Of a stretch of 27,505 nucleotides of DNA, positions 21,316 to 27,505 are shown piece after piece. Position 1 is the first letter of the stretch; each line of letters opens with the position of its first letter. The DNA is from Vezdaea acicularis (taxonomy: Eukaryota): NCBI GenBank assembly GCA_026025075.1, contig JAPEUI010000073.1, positions 62,001 to 89,505 of the forward strand, given 5' to 3'. The notes under the pieces were generated by a model that saw only the letters and a list, made by a program, of their open reading frames with translations, was not told the DNA's origin and searched no databases. The translations under genes and the position numbers were made by a program.

Positions 21316-21990
21316 CTAGATCTCATCAATATCGACCTCCTTGTCATCGGCACTTCCTTCACGATCCTCGTCGAACTCGAAGTTGCAATCGTCACCCCCC
21401 TCGTGACCGTATGTGTCGGTCTCGTTGATCTTCGCATGCTCTGGTAGTTCCCCATACGCCTTCAGACTCCGAGCCTCGTCCGCAGAGTACTTTAGGATAA
21501 CATCACCCTTCTCATCTTGGTAGTCCCGAAGCGAAAGTAAGATGATGTCGCCTTGGTTGATCCAGACTTTCTTGCGAAGCTTGCCCCGGATATGAGCCAG
21601 TCGTTTTTCGCCATCGAAGCACAGCGCTTCTAAACGGCCGTTACCGAGCATTTTGACTACTTGAGCATATTCTAAAAGGATTTTCCGTAAGCTATAGTTC
21701 GGGAAGGGGTTTTTCTAAGGTTGACAAACCTTGGCCTTCTTCCTTGAAGGTGAGTTCACGCTTTTCATTGTCATTCTCGTTCTTGCCACGACGCCGATTT
21801 TTACCACCCTGTAGCACAGAGCACGTCAGCTTGTTGACGAGAAGAGTAGTAGCGCACTATCTTCGCGAATTTAAGGAATTCGTAGCCGTGAACCCTTGTA
21901 CAGTGGTTGCGCAAGCCCGCCGATGACTACTGGCTTGTGGCGGGGGCATAGTGTGGGGTCATCACTTACTTTTCCCTTATTCTTGGGCAT
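21316..21990 (-). CDS. TIF11: Translation initiation factor eIF1A, 151 aa
   Basis: Exons 21990-21970, 21808-21730 and 21671-21316. Reads [44 protein letters not shown]..acidic tail ending DIDEI. Confidence 0.97.
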
Positions 21991-22187
21991 AGCTAATCCG
22001 TCTCAGACTTGTGAGGCTGTCTTTCAGGTTGAGTATGTTGTATTCTTGGTTTCCTGTGTCGCAAATTACGGTTGGTAAGATGTGAGTTAGGAAATAAGCA
22101 TTATTTCTTGCGCGGAGTGGGGTGGATTATAAGGGCACGGGAATCGGTGTTGGTATTTGCTAAAGCGGCGATGTGTCAAGCAGTGGA

Positions 22188-22994
22188 ATGTTTGGTCGGC
22201 TTTCGTTCCCCTTAAAATGTTCATCTGTGAGATCTTTAAGCTTCAACAAAGCTTCACGACTACACAAGCTTCTACCGGCAACAAAAACAGTTATACAGAC
22301 CTCTTTCTATATCGGAGCACCCTCCCCATTCACACCATCCATGTGGCCGAGACGTAATTCTTTGAAGTTCCAATCTGGGGGCCAACTTTCCTCTTTCGAA
22401 ACTTCTGCCACTGCGTTATAGCGTTACGCAGCTGTTTCAAGGAATATGGCTTCCCTCACCAGCAAAGCCCGTGAACAATGGCTTAAGGTTCCGGGCTTAT
22501 CACTTCTGGTCATACGTTACTCCTCAATTCGACCGCCCCGACATGCAGAGAGCGCTTCGGGGCATGGAGACCCTACCGACCCTCGCTACATTATAGAACG
22601 ACGTAGGGCCGATGCCTATGCTGCTCGTTCAGATAGACTGAACTGGCTAATCAACATTTCAGCATCTACTGCGCCCAAAAAGGTCGTCAGATCCTGGATG
22701 AAGAGGCGATTCAGGAATGCCATTGAACAAGCATTACGGGCAAGGAATTTGGACTGGGAAGGGCAACCGCTGGAGGGTAGATTAGGTAGCTTGGCAACGG
22801 CGGACAGTCCTAGGGGATACTTCATATTATTTCTTCAGAAGAAATCCGTAACTGCAACGTGGGAACTTGTGAAGAGAGAAGCTGATATATTGGTCACCGC
22901 TGTCATAAGACAAGGTCAAAATCCAGAACCTCAGCGCAGACCATCTCGACCGCAAACTAATAGACCCTCGTTAAAATGGAAAACTTCGCCCTAA
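22188..22994 (+). CDS. Hypothetical protein with a mitochondrial presequence-like N-terminus and an RnpA (RNase P protein)-like motif, about 242 aa
   Basis: Exons 22188-22353 and 22432-22994 (78-nt GTAATT..GCAG intron with a weak branch site). The first 55 residues are rich in R/K/S/L and have no acidic residue. Core reads WLINISASTAPKKVVRSWMKRRFRNAIEQAL..YFILFLQKKSVTATWELVKREADILV. Confidence 0.65.
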
Positions 22995-23180
22995 TCTTCA
23001 TGACTATCTTTGTGAAGTGACCCTAGACGGCCTGTAAAGATTATATGGTTTTGAGGAATGCTCCATTCTTAGCTCAATGCGCAGAATCAGTATTCGCTTC
23101 GCCCAAGTCGGTCCCTCGCGAAAGTAGAACCGTTCTCAAATATCTCTCATTCAACCCGAATAATGTCAACACCATCGGCG

Positions 23181-24465
23181 ATGTTGGTCTCATTGACTGT
23201 TGGCAAGGTGGATGCAGGGGTCGCTGTTCTCTTGACAGATGACAAGAGGCTGGTAGCTCTCACTCTCCTCATATTTCCCCCACTCCCAGGTCTCCCTTAC
23301 ACATTCACCTATGGGCAACATCTAACATGAGATTATCATTCAGATAGAGTTTCCGTCGATTTTACTTCCTCCTAATATTTCATCTGGGTCGATTGTAGAC
23401 ATTACTGTTGCCCGAAACCTCAACTCCGAGGCAGCTGCGCAAAAGGCGTTTCATAACTTGCAAAATACAATCTTTAATACCTATGGTCGAGTCTCCCCAA
23501 GTGCTCCGGTCTTACGATGCCGTAACGCCACCCAAACCTCGGTCGTCCTCGAATGGGATCCTCTACAACTAGCAACAGCAGACCTGAAGTCTTTAAGTCT
23601 GTACCGAAATGGCAGCAAGGCAGGAAATATTCCCAGACCCACCGAGATTCAGGCAACGAAAATATCTGGTCTTGCCGTTGATACAGAATATGTCTTCCAC
23701 CTTGTACTTCGAACATCTGCAGGCACGTACAGCAGTGAGAAGCTTGCAGTCAAGACACACAAGATGACAGACCTCTCCGGCATCACCATCACACCCGGCG
23801 TGCTGCCAAATCAACTTCGTGAGAGCTTAGAGAAAGCAACTCATCGGATCGGCGCAAAGCTAATCGAAGGTGTGCGCATCGACACGACACATTTCGTCTG
23901 CACCGAGGGCAAGGGACAAGCATGGGAGAAGGCCCTTGAGATGAACATTCCCGTGGTACGACCTGAGTGGGTAGATGGCTGTGAAAGAGAAGGCAGAATA
24001 GTTGGTGTGCGAGGATACTATCTCAACGCAGACCCACGACTGCGACAAGTGGGGCCAGGAGTGGCAATACAGACACAGCAACCAGCATCGCAAAGTGCAA
24101 CCTCATCAAGGGACGAGAATCAGAAGGCTTTGCCTATTCGGCAAGAGCACTCGCCTCAACCACCAGAGCACACGAATGGAGTGCGTGAAGGACAGAAGCC
24201 TCTTCCATCGACACCGCCGGCTCAGGGGGATACATCGCCAGAGGAAAGCGACGAAGACTCGGACCAAGATTCGGAGTCCACGGAGAAAGCGGAACCTAAG
24301 ATCGCGGAAGGGCAGGAGGGCAAGGCCCGGATAGACGATATGAAATCACCAGACAAGCCATTGCATATGAGGTCTACGGAAACAGACACAGGGGCTGTTA
24401 AGGAGAGCACACACGACACTAAGCCATCACCTGCAGGAGAGGACTTCAGTGATGTGGCTTTATGA
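23181..24465 (+). CDS. CHS5: Exomer subunit / chitin biosynthesis protein CHS5 (FN3 + BRCT), about 397 aa
   Basis: Exons 23181-23252 and 23344-24465. [33 protein letters not shown] start, FN3 region (NATQTSVVLEWDPL..LRTSAGTYSS), BRCT region (DTTHFVCT..NIPVVRPEWVDGC) and acidic low-complexity tail. Confidence 0.95.
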
Positions 24466-24813
24466 TGGCTGTTCTCCTGTCATACTAGAGCGATTTTAGG
24501 AGAGGACTTGAGCGGCGCCTTTTTCTTTCATCAAATAGCGACATACTCCGGGGCAGTTGCAATCTCGTCTGATTCACATATATTCATTTGTACTTTTACT
24601 TTCCCCTTCAATGTCCGAATAAGGCTAATGAAGTTGCAGCGGCGGTACAGCGCCGATAAGTTAAATGCTACTACTTTCACTTCAAGTCTTTCACGCCGAT
24701 TTCATGTAACAGTTATGACATAGCCCTGAACCTGATATTTCCAGCCGCGAGTCGTCACATCTCATCTATTCTTATCGTACATCGTGACCATAAGTCGTTC
24801 CACTTCTCTGCTT

Positions 24814-25065
24814 CTAGTCCTTGTTGAGCTCCGCCGCCCTTGCCCTCAACTCTTCTTTGCTCTTCTTTTCGAAGTCGCCCATTTTCTCGGGAATGGCAGG
24901 GCCAGGGGCTGCTTTGTGGTCCTCGGCGGTGGCTTTAGCGGACTGGTGTCCTTCATGGGTGGAAGCAGTCGATTGAGTATTGCTGGATGGATTGTCCGCA
25001 ACGGACTCGGTGATAGAGGAATGTCCAGCCTGGTGGGCGTTTTCTTCCGTTGGGTGAGCAGGCAT
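24814..25065 (-). CDS. Small hydrophilic hypothetical protein (83 aa)
   Basis: ATG in a good context (CAACATG) and a single exon. Hydrophilic composition; the C-terminal PGPAIP..SKEELRARAAELNK resembles small uncharacterised ascomycete proteins. TATA-like element upstream. Confidence 0.7.
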   Translation of the reverse strand: MPAHPTEENAHQAGHSSITESVADNPSSNTQSTASTHEGHQSAKATAEDHKAAPGPAIPEKMGDFEKKSKEELRARAAELNKD

Positions 25066-25213
25066 GTTGAGGGATTACTTCTTGTTTTCGAGGTATGAAA
25101 GTATGGTTGATTGAGTCAAGACTGAACTTAGATGAAGACCTGAAGTTATACGAAGCGCCAAGCTGTAGTAACAACAGAAAGAGATTATGTCTGAATCGCA
25201 GAAAGGAGTAAGG

Positions 25214-25253
25214 TATATAAGGAAAGACAAGTTTTAAGCCGAATCGTGACGTA
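25214..25253 (-). promoter_or_regulatory. TATA-like element (TATATA) and ATF/CREB-type CRE core (TGACGT) upstream of the small protein gene
   Basis: TATATAA at 25214-25220 and TGACGTA at 25247-25253, about 150-190 nt upstream of ATG 25065. Confidence 0.4.
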
Positions 25254-25848
25254 GCGCTGGAGCTTGAGCCATGTCAGGCGGCAAAATGCGAACGGTTGCC
25301 ACACAGATTTATCTTCCTTTGTGTCTCACAATATATCCGCAGACACCCGTGTGATAATAACTATATTAATACCATAATACATTTCAAAGGTGAACGTGAT
25401 CGTCTCGTGACTTGATCTGAAAGTACCATTTCAAGAACGCTCCACACGGACTCGTAAAAGGATTCTGCGTCTAAATCGTCGTCATCCCAATGCACCAGCC
25501 ACACGGTGGCACTCGCGTTTGGCTAGGAGCTAATACGAATGTGGAATTCACCCGCTCAGCCCTGGCGATAGTCGGACACATGTATATTGACGAAAGGCAC
25601 CAGAACCCGCTGATCGAGAACCCATTTCTGTTACCTGAGCAATTTTCAGCGGCCCCAGTACTGTCATTGCCGCGTTGACTTTGGCTGCTCTTGTGATACT
25701 CCCAAGTCGTCACAAATAAGCTGTATGACGCCAAGGCGCAAATAGCATTTCAGGCCCCCGAAGACTGAAAGGCTCCGGAACTTCAAGAGGAAACGACAAC
25801 GAAACGCTTATGATTGATGTATCTTGGGAGTGAAGATTGTCCTCCAAG

Positions 25849-27505
25849 ATGCCTTCTATTCTCACCGACGAGGACAAAGAGACCGTCAGGAGAGTTGTCT
25901 CAAAGCCTGCGAACAAGATCTTGGCTGTTGCCGTTGCGCGGCTGTACGTTGCATTACCAAACAAGCAGCGATGGACGTATACAGGACTTCAAGGCGCTGT
26001 GGTTCTAGCAAACGACCTAATCGGACACACATTCTGGTTGAAGCTAGTTGACGTTTCGGTATGTTCCCAGACGATAGCATATGACATCCCCCCCGTTCAC
26101 CCCTAGGGCTCACCTTCAGCACAACTGGTATATGCCCTGAAAGCTACTAACGAAAGTATAGTCTGCGAGCCGAGGAGTCATCTGGGATCAAGAGATATAT
26201 GACACCTTCAATTACAATCAGGATCGCACATTCTTTCACACGTTCGAACTTGAGAACTGCTTAGCTGGGCTATCATTCTCAAGCGATAAAGAAGCAAAGA
26301 CCTTCAAGAAGAAAGTGGATGATCGCGAAAGCAGGGCCAGCAAGGAGACTAAAGCTACGCCATTCGGAGCTACATATGGTGCCGGCGGTCCCAATGCAGC
26401 ACCATCCAATGGGCATAAACATAGATTTGGTCTCAGTAGCTTGATAGGTCACCGCTCTTCATCGGCACCGAGTCATCCTCCGCCACTGCACGAACCTCCC
26501 AGAAACTCGATCATCCCATCCCATCAAGTGGCTGAGCTAGATGGGAGGACTCCATCTGCCAAACATGCGATTGATCCGCAGATGCTGGAAGAATTAAAAT
26601 CGTTGGGAATCACAGAAAATGAGATTGAAGCTAATGCGGACTTCATCAAACAATATATCGAATCGAAGCAAACAATGGGAGCTCTAGAAACGAGCAACCC
26701 AAGCAGAAGTCAAAACAAAAGCCCCCCACCACCTCCACCGCCAGAACCATCGAGGGCCCGAATACAGGCTCTGAGCCCTCAGAACACTGGCAGCACCACC
26801 GCCTCAAGGAGAGGCCAGCCACCACCACTGCCGCCAACAAGAAGGACACGGACCGACTCCGTACCTACCGGCTCAAGCTCACCAGGCCGGGAGTCCCCCC
26901 CCCAACCAAAACCCAGGTTCAGAGCCCCACCGCCAATTGCGGAGGCCGGAAAGTTTGCAAACGCCAGCGGTCCTCCCCCTCCCCCTCCAAGACAAAGCGT
27001 CTCATCAGACCGACCACCACCGCTTCCCCCCAAAACACCACACGACAACGCTCCCCAGGCAAAATTCGGCGTGGCCCCTGCCTACCAAGGCCCACAACGC
27101 GTACCGTCTGGCACGCCGGTCCCACCACCCCGATCGTCCGGTCCTCCTCTGCCACCCGCACAAGAAAAGTCACAAATCTACTCCGTTCCCCCGCCAGCAC
27201 CCATCCAACCCCCTGCCCTTCCCCCCAAAGTCGCAAACACACCTGCTCTCCCACCCTCCACAGCATCCCGACCCATCCCGCCCCCACCGACAGCCGCAGC
27301 TCTCCCGCGCGCTGTACCTCCTCCGCCCTCCGTTGTCGCCCCCCCACCAGTCACCTCGTTCGCCAACAGCGCCGCACCACCACCTCCCCCACCACTACCA
27401 CCGGCCCCCGCCCCCTCCTTCTCCAACACCGCCGCACCCCCACCTCCACCTCCTCCTCCCCCCCCAAGCAGCTCCGGCCCCCCTCCCCCACCCCTCCCCC
27501 CGGGC
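25849..27505 (+). CDS. LAS17: WASP-family actin assembly factor Las17/Wsp1 (3'-partial)
   Basis: Exon 25849-26058, intron 26059-26161, exon from 26162 to the window end. WH1 domain (ILAVAVARLYVA..WTYTGLQGAVVL..FWLKLVDVS|SASRGVIWDQEIY..YNQDRTFFHTFE), then LGITENEIEANADFIKQYI and polyproline tracts. Confidence 0.94.

Noticed and set aside
26646..27429. Gly-rich minus-strand ORFs
   Set aside because: Antisense shadows of the LAS17 polyproline codons.
1..27505. Transposons, RIP-mutated relics, tRNA/rRNA genes, CRISPR arrays or a bacterial restriction-modification operon
   Set aside because: No transposase or RT motifs, long AT-rich relics, cloverleafs or spaced repeats were seen. The methyltransferase and DUF262 genes have spliceosomal introns and lie among fungal housekeeping genes.

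Overview
Gene-dense, intron-rich eukaryotic DNA from a filamentous ascomycete (Pezizomycotina-type short GT-AG introns with CTRAC branch sites). I reconstructed 13 protein genes by hand. In order: PHO81/nuc-2 (5'-partial, +), RAD1/XPF (-), a RID/Masc1/DmtA-type C5 DNA methyltransferase (-), ADE4 (+), an Mpv17/PMP22 protein (+), an HhH-GPD glycosylase with DEMETER/ROS1-like blocks (-), a six-exon DUF262 (GmrSD/SspE-type ParB-like) protein (+), a C2HC5 ASC-1/Rqt4-like zinc-finger protein (+), eIF1A (-), a putative mitochondrial protein with a bacterial RnpA-like motif (+), CHS5 (+), a small hydrophilic protein (-) and LAS17/WASP (3'-partial, +). Most notable: (i) the spliced DUF262 gene sits head-to-head with the DEMETER-like glycosylase, within about 16 kb of RID and XPF, a candidate modified-DNA write/sense/excise neighbourhood; (ii) the RnpA-like gene; (iii) an ADE4 intron that restores the conserved protein only with a non-canonical GG acceptor; (iv) several SUMO-interacting motifs in RID; (v) a G49 tract inside alternating C/G-skew blocks. 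No mobile element, RNA gene or CRISPR array could be supported. All family calls come from motif recognition by eye, not database searches.
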